A stretch of DNA of 63,913 bases, counting the filler, from Octopus bimaculoides (lineage: Eukaryota): the NCBI RefSeq assembly GCF_001194135.2. It is 6 parts of 5 records of this genome, joined end to end, with 100 filler letters (N's around TTAATTAATTAA, not from the genome) between each part and the next. Parts side by side here need not be neighbours in the genome. Positions count along the whole stretch, not along the records: positions 27,681 to 43,600 come from NC_068983.1; positions 43,701 to 48,943 come from NC_068983.1; 4 more parts are not named here. One strand, written 5' to 3'. Below, one piece after another: positions 36,897 to 48,943 of this stretch. The notes under the pieces are model-generated. The model worked only from the letters and a program-made list of their open reading frames with translations, did no database searches and was not told where the DNA came from. Positions within the stretch are counted from its first letter, which is position 1, and each line of letters opens with the position of its first letter. The position numbers and the translations under genes were made by a program.

Positions 36897-38994
36897 NNNN
36901 NNNNNNNNNNNNNNNNNNNNNNNNNNNNNNNNNNNNNNNNNNNNNNNNNNNNNNNNNNNNNNNNNNNNNNNNNNNNNNNNNNNNNNNNNNNNNNNNNNNN
37001 NNNNNNNNNNNNNNNNNNNNNNNNNNNNNNNNNNNNNNNNNNNNNNNNNNNNNNNNNNNNNNNNNNNNNNNNNNNNNNNNNNNNNNNNNNNNNNNNNNNN
37101 NNNNNNNNNNNNNNNNNNNNNNNNNNNNNNNNNNNNNNNNNNNNNNNNNNNNNNNNNNNNNNNNNNNNNNNNNNNNNNNNNNNNNNNNNNNNNNNNNNNN
37201 NNNNNNNNNNNNNNNNNNNNNNNNNNNNNNNNNNNNNNNNNNNNNNNNNNNNNNNNNNNNNNNNNNNNNNNNNNNNNNNNNNNNNNNNNNNNNNNNNNNN
37301 NNNNNNNNNNNNNNNNNNNNNNNNNNNNNNNNNNNNNNNNNNNNNNNNNNNNNNNNNNNNNNNNNNNNNNNNNNNNNNNNNNNNNNNNNNNNNNNNNNNN
37401 NNNNNNNNNNNNNNNNNNNNNNNNNNNNNNNNNNNNNNNNNNNNNNNNNNNNNNNNNNNNNNNNNNNNNNNNNNNNNNNNNNNNNNNNNNNNNNNNNNNN
37501 NNNNNNNNNNNNNNNNNNNNTACTAAGAATTTTGTCTGGCTTGCTAACGGTTCTACCAGCTTGCTGCCTTTGAAAAGTCTATAATATTGAAAACAGTGTT
37601 CATTCTTCCAGGGATAAATATTATTAATTTTGGGAGAATCTATTAAAGCTAAGTGCATCTTGTCAAAGAGGAGAGTCCGCTAAATTCAGCGCTTGTAAAT
37701 ACGTCTCTGTAAATATACTTCTTGTAATTTGAAAGCGCAGTCTTTAAGTTATGAACAAATACACTGTCATACTTTTTATTCCTTGAGTAAGTACATCGCT
37801 AAACAATTTTTTTTTTTTTTTTGCCATTTTCATACGCTGCATTTATTCAATAAAAAAGAAATTCAAAGACAAGAAATCGTTATTAATATCTAATTTAAAC
37901 ATGAAAAATAAATCAATCAAATTTTTCTTTAAAAAAAACAAAATAAAAAAAAGGAAATATAAATGGAAGTTAATGTAATTTTAAATTGCAAGATGGAAGA
38001 AACATTGTCAAAAGACAAATTACATGCAATTAAATAATCCCGGCAAATAAGCCAGTATTGCGTGATATTTAGGGAAGATGTTTTGGATTATCTTTGTATG
38101 TCTTTTTGCGAGGTGGAATTTGGCATACTCTGCGAATAACAATTTTAAATAATTTTCAGCGATGTATTTATTCTGCTGATAAGAAGTATGATGATAAATT
38201 TAGGTCTTGTATTATCTCGCGAGGTATTACCTTGCAATGAAATTAGTAGGTTATTAATTTTTCTCTCTCTCACTCTCTCACTCTCTCTCCCCTTCATTTC
38301 ACTCTTTTCATGTGTTATAGCTCCAAGCATCGACGATCATGAGCCTGCGTGCCAAACTTTAAAAATCCCTGGTGAGAGAAGACACAACAGATGTTTCCCG
38401 ATGCCTTCTTCCTAGTTTATTGATTGTCACCTTCACTAGTCTCCTGCTTTCTCGAAGTTACTCTTGGTACACATGGCCTATTTAATTCTTAAGCAGGGGC
38501 AACTGTATCACGTGCCAAAAGACATGTGCCACACGATTTGTTAGAAGCACAATGAAGATTTGTGAAACATTTCAGAAATTTTCCCTCTGAGATTCTTATG
38601 CGCTGTCGATGCATACACTTCGATGTATGCATCGACAGCGCTGAGCCTGTGTGACACATGTCAAATGGTCATCTCTCTCCTGAGTCCTGTTTGCCTTAGC
38701 CGCAGGACAATATTCATTTATCTTCTTTTAGTTTTGATCCGTTCTTGCTCCCACCAAAACCAGAACAAATCTAGGAGTAATCATGATTACACAGCTCTCT
38801 CTCTTTCTTTCTCTCTTTCCTTTTTCTTTCCTTCTTTCTTTGTTTCTTCCATCCTTCCTTTCTTTCTCTCACTCTCTCTCCTCACACAGTTACACACACA
38901 CACACACATATACATAAAAACATGTATACATACTTACGTATATGCATGCATTCATACATGCCTACAACAGATTTGCACAAAAACCTAGAAATAC

Positions 38995-39287
38995 TCGATT
39001 TCACAGAAATTTGAACTCAGAACACGAAGACAGACGAAATACCGGTAAGCATTTCTTATTCCCTTATTGCCCACAAGGGACTAAACATAGAGGGGGCAAA
39101 CAAGGACAGACAAAGGAATTAAGTCGATTACATCGACCGCAGTGCGTAACTGGTACTTTATTTATCGGCCCCGAAAGGATGAAAGGCAAAGTCGACCTCG
39201 GCGGAATTTGAACTCAAAACGTAACGGCAGACGAAATACGGCTAAGCATTTCGCCCGGCGTGCTAACGTTTCTGCCAGCTCGCCGCC
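38995..39287 (-). mobile_element. Young long-tail SINE B (39055-39287) abutting an older B head remnant
   Basis: Junction AAGCATTT|CTTATT. Confidence 0.85.
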
Positions 39288-39521
39288 TTCTATATGCCTT
39301 GTTTACTACTGCCAGGTAGTACATGAACGACATTCAAAAAGTAAACAAAACCGAAATAACAAACATGGGCTTCAAAGAGAGAGGAAAAGATAGTTGATTT
39401 GTAGAAGACCATCAACCATTTGATGATGCTTATTGCTTGCAAACAAGCAACTCACCATACGCCTCACCAATTAAAAGTGAAGACTTAGAAGTGGCGTTTG
39501 GAGATAGCAAAAAGAGGATAC

Positions 39522-39686
39522 TCAGGCGTGTCTGTGTGGCAAAAAGCTTGCTTCCAAACCACATCGTTCCGGGTTCAGTCCCACTGCGTGGCACCTTGGG
39601 CAAATATCTTCTACTATAGCCTCGGGCCGATTAAAGCCTTGTGAGTGTATTTGGTAGACGGAAACTGAAAGAAACCTGTCGTATAC

Positions 39687-39719
<33 letters not shown>

Positions 39720-40006
39720 TGGTGATAATTTACGAAAAAAGAAGAGACGAATACGGGTGTGTAAACAACAAGCAGATGTATTAGTTTAACGCTCGGGAAG
39801 TNNNNNNNNNNNNNNNNNNNNNNNNNNNNNNNNNNNNNNNNNNNNNNNNNNNNNNNNNNNNNNNNNNNNNNNNNNNNNNNNNNNNNNNNNNNNNNNNNNN
39901 NNNNNNNNNNNNNNNNNNNNNNNNNNNNNNNNNNNNNNNNNNNNNNNNNNNNNNNNNNNNNNNNNNNNNNNNNNNNNNNNNNNNNNNNNNNNNNNNNNNN
40001 NNNNNN

Positions 40007-40040
<34 letters not shown>

Positions 40041-40260
40041 TATGTGTCTGTGTGTCTGTGTTTCCTCCACCATCGCTTGATAAACGATGTGTGGTGTGTT
40101 TACGTCCACGTAACTTAGCGGCTTCGTAAAAATAGATCCATAGAATAGATACTAGACTTACAAAGAATAAGTCATGGGATCGATGTGTACGACTAAAGGC
40201 GGTGCTCCAGCACGACCGCAGTCAAATGACTGAAACAAGTAAAAGAATATAAAAAAAGAA
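39522..40260 (+). mobile_element. SINE family A containing a family C insertion (39721-39801+, minus strand) and a gap
   Basis: Head, CORE-like motif, tail; insert homologous to ~2772-2851. Confidence 0.85.
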
Positions 40261-40267
40261 TTGCAAA

Positions 40268-40392
40268 TTCTTTTCTACTCTAGGCACAAGGCCCGAAATT
40301 TTGGAGGAGGTGGCCAGTCGATTAGATCGACTCCAATACGAAACTGGTACTTAATTTATCGACCACGAAAGGATGAAAGGCAAATTCGACCT

Positions 40393-40393
<1 letters not shown>
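40268..40393 (-). mobile_element. SINE family B 3' half
   Basis: Central domain, truncated by (GT)n. Confidence 0.8.
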
Positions 40394-40437
<44 letters not shown>

Positions 40438-41796
40438 ATGTGTGTGTGTGTGTCTGCGTGTATGTGTGTGTGTGTGTGTGTCTGTGTCTGTGTGTCTGTG
40501 TGTGTGTACGTGTGTGATCAGAATTTCCGACTCAAGTCAAACAGAGCAAACCACTCCAGACCCTAATTATAGTATCTATGTAAATTGCTTCAAGACCGGC
40601 TAGCTTGTACATATCTACATATATTGGTGTATGTGCGTGTACACGAATGTGTAGCTTTACCTAGCGTATTTATGCATGTATGTATATATGTATACTTGTA
40701 CGTATGCTTGAATACATGTACATATGAATATTTAACTTGTATGTGTGACCCAGTTTTCCAACATGGCGGTATTTTCTACATTTTTACTTGTATATTTTAT
40801 CTCTTCAGCTCTGACTCACTTAACCTACTGCTATCTGTCTGGCTTTGGCAACGTTGATTTATTATAGCCTGCAAACAGACAAACAAATCATCACACACTT
40901 TGTAAATTATTACAATCGGCATTATCCGTTTTTGTATAGTTCTTTTTATTCGTTTATTTTATTCGTTTATTTTATTTCAACTCTCTTATTGTTCTCCGTA
41001 TCTTTATCATTATCATAATACTTCTTTTTCAATGTATATTTTCTCCTTCTTTTAGTGCAATTGTTTCATTTTTTCCTTTGTCTTTGTCTTTTAATTTGTT
41101 CTCCCTAAATTCAGACTAGGCCTGCCGCAATATCACATTTTAAAGATATCATTGAAAAGATAGTTCTCACTATACAATTACGTTGGTTATAAGCATAGAA
41201 TTATTGAAACAGGTGTAGGAAATTAAATGTTTGGAATATTAGACTGATTGTCTTTCTTGTTCTCGGATATATTTTGCTCTCAGCATTCGTGATAGCCGAT
41301 TACAAATGCTACATAGCATTTGACATGGTATTGCATTCGAGTCGTGAAATTTTTAGTTTAGTGTAGCGCCTTAAATTGAACTCTAATATTTGTGACTACA
41401 TTCCGTACAAAGCAACAAATAAGAAGTCCTTTATATATATATTTGTTTGCCTTGCCTTAACGTTAGCTTTCCTCTTTAACAATTATATATCCGCTGCAAC
41501 AGAAATTTGCAATGGCTCCATAACAACTGACTCGGCTAGAGCTTTGGAGCCCTAGCAGTCCATTACAACACTTACCTAGCGTACCTAATCATTTAGATCA
41601 CCTGTGAACTAAACCCTCATACTTTGTGTGTGTGTATATATATANNNNNNNNNNNNNNNNNNNNNNNNNNNNNNNNNNNNNNNNNNNNNNNNNNNNNNNN
41701 NNNNNNNNNNNNNNNNNNNNNNNNNNNNNNNNNNNNNNNNNNNNNNNNNNNNNNNNNNNNNNNNNNNNNNNNNNNNNNNNNNNNNNNNNNNNNNNN

Positions 41797-41831
<35 letters not shown>

Positions 41832-42341
41832 TACATATACATATATATACAGAGAGAGAGAGAGAAAGGGATGGAGAAAAAGAGATAAATGAACAAAAGA
41901 ATCCAATTATTGGTATTTCGAGTTCATTTAACAATACGCATGTTTCAAGCGTTTAGGTAAAGAGTTTTTATACAATTTATCCAATTTCCTCAGTCATTGC
42001 AAATGTGAAAGAGCAGAGTAAAGTGATTATCTAACCACTTAAAATGTGCGAATCATCATATGTTTTCGAAATACCAAGAAATGGCTTCCGCTATTATTCA
42101 AATAATATAGGGCACGTATGTCTGACACTCTAGCCTACATTTTCATGGATAATATTAATGCATCTCAGGTATACGAGTGGAAAGTGGGTTTAAGCGTTGA
42201 GTCGGCAATATCTGGTAACGTGCATCAAATTTTTGGTGTGGAACAGAAATTGCGTATGTATCTTTATAAATAGATATATGCATGTATAATAATATTTGTG
42301 CATGTATATGTAAATGTTTATGTATGTAATTATATATCACA

Positions 42342-42540
42342 ATGTAACCACATGTGAATCATTGGCGATTTTCTCCCTCCGTCTTCCATTCAATAAGACT
42401 TTCCTGTGTTTCCGAAGAAAAGCGTCTGCTCGAAACGTTAAACCATCTTTCTTTCCTTCGCTGATCGTCTGCTAATACTTTATATGGACCAAGCCTTCGC
42501 GATGTCTTTTTTTGCGTTTGTTCTTTTGGGATTTACCATA
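42342..42540 (+). mobile_element. Hammerhead-bearing repeat family D, copy 3
   Basis: GUUU-CCGAAGA-AAAGC-GUCU-GCUC-GAAACGU-U-AAAC at 42408-42443. Confidence 0.75.
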
Positions 42541-43084
42541 TATATATNNNNNNNNNNNNNNNNNNNNNNNNNNNNNNNNNNNNNNNNNNNNNNNNNNNNN
42601 NNNNNNNNNNNNNNNNNNNNNNNNNNNNNNNNNNNNNNNNNNNNNNNNNNNNNNNNNNNNNNNNNNNNNNNNNNNNNNNNNNNNNNNNNNNNNNNNNNNN
42701 NNNNNNNNNNNNNNNNNNNNNNNNNNNNNNNNNNNNNNNNNNNNNNNNNNNNNNNNNNNNNNNNNNNNNNNNNNNNNNNNNNNNNNNNNNNNNNNNNNNN
42801 NNNNNNNNNNNNNNNNNNNNNNNNNNNNNNNNNNNNNNNNNNNNNNNNNNNNNNNNNNNNNNNNNNNNNNNNNNNNNNNNNNNNNNNNNNNNNNNNTATA
42901 TATATATTCAATTAGGCAGAATTTAGCAATGTATCATGTATCAACAAAGAGGAAAATTATAATTGTCATTAAATATGACAGAGAGTGTTAGAAGACCTAC
43001 AATGCTAGAAATAAGAGCTAAAACACTTTACTTCTTATTCCTTGCATTATAGGTGGTCTCACACTCTCTGTCATACTTAAGATG

Positions 43085-43478
43085 TGTGTGTGTGTGTGTC
43101 TTATCTTTTATCTTTTACTTGTTTCAGTCAATAGACTGCGGCCATGCTGGATCACCACGTTGAAGAATTTTTAGTCGAATGTATCGACTTCAGTACTTCC
43201 ATCGGTCTCTTATTCTGAACCGCTAAGTTACGGGGACACAAACACACCAACATCTGTTGTCAAGCAGTGCTAGTGAACAAACGCAGACACTAAATCACAC
43301 ATACAAAGACATATACATATATATGACCGGTCACTTTCAGCTTCTGTCTACCAAATCAACTCACAAGGCTTTAGTCGGCCCGAGGCCAAGTAGAAGTCAT
43401 TTACCCAAGTTTCCACGCAACGTGGCTGAAACCGGAACCATGTCGTCAGTAAGCAAGCTACCTACCACACAGCCGCGC
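43085..43478 (-). mobile_element. SINE family A, full length
   Basis: Tail and head motifs. Confidence 0.85.
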
Positions 43479-43486
43479 CTGTATCC

Positions 43487-43547
<61 letters not shown>

Positions 43548-44205
43548 TGTGTATGTATATATATATAAAGGGAATTCTGATCCTTCTAGAAGGTTTGGGC
43601 NNNNNNNNNNNNNNNNNNNNNNNNNNNNNNNNNNNNNNNNNNNNTTAATTAATTAANNNNNNNNNNNNNNNNNNNNNNNNNNNNNNNNNNNNNNNNNNNN
43701 TATGCATGTGTATATTTGTGCGCGTATATGTGTGTGTGCATGTGTGTATCTGTATGTATGTTTGTGCGTCCAAAATCTTCAACTGACTTTGGTAAACAAA
43801 TTCGCTGATTGCTTTTGATTCCTTTGTCTTAGTTCTTTTTTTTTTGCGGCAACTTCTATCTGGTAGATTAGTTTAAAAAAAAAAAACATTAAAAAAAAAC
43901 AAGCTAAAATGTGATAAGCACCGTAGTAGAAAAAAAAAACATAAAGAAGACGCGACTTCAAACCGATTACCATATCCCGTTTAGATGTATTCCTTGTATT
44001 TAAAATTACTAATGTCCTTGAATGTTTCATGAAGGTTGTAGAATAATTCCGTTGTATTTCTTTTAAACAGAAGTTTTTTTGGGGGTTTTTTTCTGGCACC
44101 AAAATACGCGACTGGTAATGTCTTTCAGACTCTAGAATATTCCTTTACATGTATTCATGGCTATTAATGTACCTAATACTGTGATCCTCTTGATACAAAA
44201 ATATC

Positions 44206-44621
44206 TGTTTATACTCTAGGAACAAGGCCCGAAATTTTGGGGCAGGGGGCCAGTCGATTACATCGGCCCCAGTACGCATCTAGTACTTAATTTATCGACC
44301 CCGAAAGGACGAAAGGCAAAGTCGACCTCGGCGGAATTTGAACTCAGAACGTAAAGACAGACGAAATACCGCTAATCATTTCGTCCGGTGTGCTAACGTT
44401 TCTTATTTCTTTATTGCCCATAGAGGGGACAAACAAGGACAGACAAAGGGATTAAGTCGATTACATCGTCCCCAGTGCGTAACTGGTACTTAATCTATCG
44501 ATCCCGAAAGGATGATAGACAAAGTCGACCTAGGCAGAACTTGAACTCAGAATGTAAAGACAGACGAAAAACCGCTAAGCATTTCGCCCGGCGGGGTAAC
44601 GTTTCTGCCAGTTCGCCGCAT
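44206..44621 (-). mobile_element. Compound of two SINE B units bracketed by one 18-bp direct repeat
   Basis: TCTTGATACAAAAATATC at 44188-44205 and 44622-44639; internal junction at 44401/44402. Confidence 0.9.
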
Positions 44622-44771
44622 TCTTGATACAAAAATATCAAGTGCAAATAAGTCTCTCAGTCATCATCTAGGTGCCCTCCCTATGCCCAGAAGTCTGCTT
44701 GCCAAGACGCTCCAGCTTCCTGAGTGTTGTGCTATAAGTATACAATCAACCAGGATCTTGTTCCCCGTGTG

Positions 44772-44945
44772 AAGCCTCATGGCCTAGTGGTTCGTATGTT
44801 GAACTCATGAGCGCAATATCGCGGCATCGATTCCAGGAGAGGCTATTGAGTTGCGTTCTTGATCTTGAGTAAAACACTTCGTTTCACTCCTATTCAGCGT
44901 AAATGAATAAATCTGTGACGGACTGGCATCCCTTTCAGGAACTAC
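44772..44945 (+). mobile_element. SINE family G-like, degenerate
   Basis: TGGCCTAGTGGTT A box, CTTGAGTAAAACACTT CORE-like motif. Confidence 0.55.
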
Positions 44946-45194
44946 CTTGTAATCCCGATTTTACGTCATGGAAACCTAATAATCCGCCCTATGAGTCCAA
45001 CAACTCGAGACGGTACCTGACTTGTTTCTATCAGCCCAGAAATATTTTTAACATCTTATTGCTCTCTTCCTTTCCGCACTTCCTGTCAGGATGGTCATGG
45101 CCAAAAAATACCAGTGCATTGTATATACAAAACATAACTTTGCGGACTTGGTTCTCAACTAAAGCTTCCTTGTATTTTTACTTTTTCTGATAAT

Positions 45195-45407
45195 CTTTTC
45201 TACTCTAGGTACAAGGCCCGAAATTTTTGGGGAAGCGGCCAGTCGTTTAGATCGACTCCTGTACGTAATTGGTACTTAATTTATCGACCCCGAAAGGACG
45301 AAAGGCAAAGTGGACCTCGGCGGAATTTGAAACCAGAACGTAAAGACAGACGAAATACCGTTAAGCGTTTCGCACGGCGTGCTAACAATTCTGCCACCTT
45401 TTCTAAT
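45195..45407 (-). mobile_element. SINE family B (short tail)
   Basis: Near-TSD TTTTCTGATAAT / TTTTCTAATAAT. Confidence 0.88.
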
Positions 45408-45667
45408 AATGCTGCATTTATTACTCTATCTTTCCAGCTTATTCTGCCAAAACCTGCAAAGAATCTACATCTCAAAGGTATCTATCTTCCTTTCTATTGC
45501 TCTGTACGGTGTTCAAGTTTTTGTCTATCTTTGAGTACAGTTGGCATAATATAACAGTTTTCTAGCATAAATTTTAGCGTATTATTTTTATCCTCAATTT
45601 TAGACAATGATTCGCTGAAAAGGTCTAATGATAACAAAAACATGTCCAGAGTTCTCTCTTTAATTAC

Positions 45668-45894
45668 CCACGGGCATATGGTGCAGTGGTTAAGAGCGCG
45701 AGCTACTAACCCCAAGATTCCGAGTTCGATTCCGTGACCTGAATAATAATAATAACATCGATACCTTAGCCCAAGTTTGAAATTTCCCCAAGATACCTGA
45801 TGAATACTGGAACATTGTGTTAACAAGATGAGGACAAATATCTGTCAAATGTAAATAATATAAATAATTCCTGATCTCTTAAATATAGAACTGT
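45668..45894 (+). mobile_element. tRNA-headed hammerhead SINE (family H), copy 2, stem II deleted
   Basis: GGGCATATGGTGCAGTGGTTAAGAGCGCG..GAGTTCGATTCC; (AAT)n; GATAC-CTGATGA (45797) ..AACATTGTGTT; same tail as copy 1. Confidence 0.8.
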
Positions 45895-45984
45895 ATTATC
45901 GGAACGTGAAGTTGGAAGATATGCCGCTAAGTATTTTGTCCGGCGGATAACGATTCTGCCTGCCCACAGCCTTAATGATAATAA

Positions 45985-46202
45985 TAATCGTTTCTACTAA
46001 AAGCACGAGGATTGAAGTTTTGGGAGAGGGGGACCAGTCGATTACGTCGTCTGCAGTGTTTCGCTGGTACTTAATTTATCGACCCCGAAAGGATCAAAGG
46101 CAAAGTCGACCTCGGCGGAATTTGAACCCGGAACGTAACTACAAACGAAATACTGCTAAGCATTTCGCCCGGTGTGCTAACGTTTCCACCAGCTCGCTGC
46201 CT
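45985..46202 (-). mobile_element. SINE family B
   Basis: Central domain and head. Confidence 0.85.
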
Positions 46203-46295
46203 TAATTACACTACTACTACTACTGCTGCTGCTGCTGCTACTAATACTACTACTAATGATAATGATCATAGTAATAATAATAATAATAATAATAA

Positions 46296-46477
46296 TACAT
46301 GGAACAAATAGGGACTGCAATAAGGGTGGAGCACTTGCAGAAAACAGCACTGCTTGGAACCTCTCCAATACTCCGGATGGTGCTCGAAAAATAAGTGGGT
46401 GGGGGGGTATCTTAGTTTACTGGAAGTGAACGGCTGACACCGTAGTATATCTCCAGCGTTAGAAGCTGTGCAAAGGC

Positions 46478-46478
<1 letters not shown>
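46296..46478 (+). mobile_element. 5'-truncated R4/Dong-like element inside (TAA)n
   Basis: YMEQIGTAIRVEHLQKTALLGTSPILRMVLEK* then UTR; (TAA)n on both sides. Confidence 0.8.
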
Positions 46479-46509
<31 letters not shown>

Positions 46510-46773
46510 GATCGTGTTAACTGGAACGACTCACGTACTGAGAAGAGCAATCGTGTTAACTGGAACGACTCATGTACTGAGAAGAGCATTATTGCTGTGA
46601 AAATAACATCCATTCATGAATTTAATTTTTTATTAATTTTTAAAAATACATATTTTACCTGTGAATTTGCGTGCGTAAACTGGGAATGCATACAATGAGC
46701 TTCTCTGCCCTAGGTGTACGGAAAACACTCAGCAAGAAATGGAAGAAAATTTGAAGAAAGAAGAAAAAAAAGC

Positions 46774-46825
<52 letters not shown>

Positions 46826-46879
46826 TAATAATAATAATTTTTCTATTAGCCACAGAGTCATAGATGAGAGGGCATGTCA

Positions 46880-47085
46880 CACGGCCATAAATTTCCAGGA
46901 GATAGGCTAAGTCGATTACAGTGAGCCTAATACTTGGTTGGTGCTTTATTTTATCGTACTCTAATTGATGAAACGCTAAGTCAGCCGGGAACTTAATTCG
47001 AACCCGGAACATGTAAAAACAAAATGTGTTGGAAGAGACACTGCTTGGCGTTTTATCCAACGCTCTAACGATTCTACAAAGCCAC
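46880..47085 (-). mobile_element. SINE family B, very degenerate
   Basis: AAGTCGATTACA..TTTTATCG..GAACCCGGAAC. Confidence 0.55.
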
Positions 47086-47099
47086 CACGTCAACTACTA

Positions 47100-47131
<32 letters not shown>

Positions 47132-47454
47132 ACTGCTGCCGCCGCCGCCGCCGCCGCTGCTGCTGTTGTCCCACTTGGTGTAAATTTTACCTTATCTAAT
47201 TAATTATGTTCTGTTTATTATATTTTTCTCAATATCCAATACTAAACACGGTAGGATAATTGTTTAATGTGTTTTGTGCGACCCATTTCCAAAACCCCTT
47301 TTTGTTTTCTTTCTTTTTTTTTTTACGCTATCTTATTTTCATTTTTATATTGTTGTTATTTTAGTTGGTACTTTTGTTATTGCTGTTGTTGTTGCTTCGA
47401 ATGTTACGCAAAGCTCTAATCTCCGATGGCATTCTATTGTAACTCGCGCATGTG

Positions 47455-47548
<94 letters not shown>

Positions 47549-47839
47549 TGTGTGTGTGTTTGTATATATCTTTCTAACTGATGCAGACGCCTTATATATT
47601 TCCGCTTCCGGGTAACCTGACCTGTAGGAAGAACTACAAAAGAAACGCCAAAGGTTAATGCATCTTGGGATAGCATGGCATTTCGTTGAACAATGCAACT
47701 AACACATCAAATAGAAACCTTTACGCCTGGCGCTGTATTAGAGAAAATGCAAAGCTTTTAATAGGAATACGCTGTGGAGTTTTTCATAAGCATGCCGTTA
47801 ATAATAGTGACAGCAACGAGAACAGCGTACAACCAACAG

Positions 47840-48400
47840 CAGTGGTGGTTGTAATAGTAGTAGTAGCAGTAACAGCAGCAACAGTACTAGTAGTAGTAGT
47901 AGCAGCAGCAACAGTAGTAATAGTAGTAGTAGTGGTTGTGGTGGTGGCGGTAGTAATAGTGGTAGAAGTAGTAGTAGTGGTAGTGGTAGTGGTAGCAGTG
48001 CTAGTAGCAGTACTAGTGGTAGAAGTAGTAGTAGTAATGGTGGTAGTGGTGGTGGTGGTGGTGGTGTTAGTAGTAGTCGTAAAAGTAGTAGTAGTAGTAG
48101 TGGTGGTGGTGGTGACGGTGGTGGTGGTGGTGGTGGTGGTAGTAGTAGTTGTGGTAGTGGCACTGGTCGTGGTGGTGGTAGTAGTGGTGGGGGTTGTAGT
48201 GGTGGTATTAGGAGTAGTAGTAGCAGCAGCGGTAGTGGCCGTGGTGGTGGTACTGCTGCTAGTAGTAGTAGTAGTAGTAGTAGTAATAGTAGTAGTGAGG
48301 TGGTGGTAGTAGTAGTGGCGGTGGGTGGTGGATAGTGAGTAGTGAGGGTTAATGCAGACAACGAAGCCAACAACAACAACAACATCAACAAACCGCATCG
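47840..48400. repeat. Cryptic (GTA/GTG/GCA)n trinucleotide field
   Basis: Source of the spurious poly-Val/Thr/Leu ORFs. Confidence 0.95.
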
Positions 48401-48642
48401 AGGAGACAATGCAGAGCGGTGTCGTTAAAGACAACTACAGCAACAGCTGCAATATAATCTGCATTTCATTCCACTTCGCTGCTCTCGTAGCAAAGAGGTG
48501 GAAAAGTGTAAGGGTCAACAACAAGAACAACAACAAAAATAATACGAAGAATAACAACAAGGATAAAAGCGCACGAGCGGCAATTGTGCGACAGCAGTGC
48601 GTCTAACAACCCGGCAACAACAACAAGAATAAGCTATGGCTG

Positions 48643-48721
<79 letters not shown>

Positions 48722-48723
<2 letters not shown>

Positions 48724-48943
48724 CTGTTGACAATGCATAGAATGCACCACCCTAAGGCAGATATAGAACGTCTTTATCTGCCAAGAAAAGAAGGAGGCCG
48801 AGGACTTCTACAGCTGGCATTATCAATGAAGGTAGCCACAATTGGCCTAGACACCTATCTGAAAAACTCTGAGGACTGGATGCTAAAACTTGTCTTAAAA
48901 TATGAAAGCAAGAAAGCATCTTACTCAGAGTTTTTCAGATAGG
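48722..48943 (+). mobile_element. R4/Dong-like RT fragment starting directly after (TAA)n, cut by a join
   Basis: KLLTMHRMHHPKADIERLYLPRKEGGRGLLQL. Confidence 0.85.

Noticed and set aside
47686-48434. Long poly-Val/Thr/Leu ORFs
   Set aside because: Translation of a stop-poor trinucleotide microsatellite.
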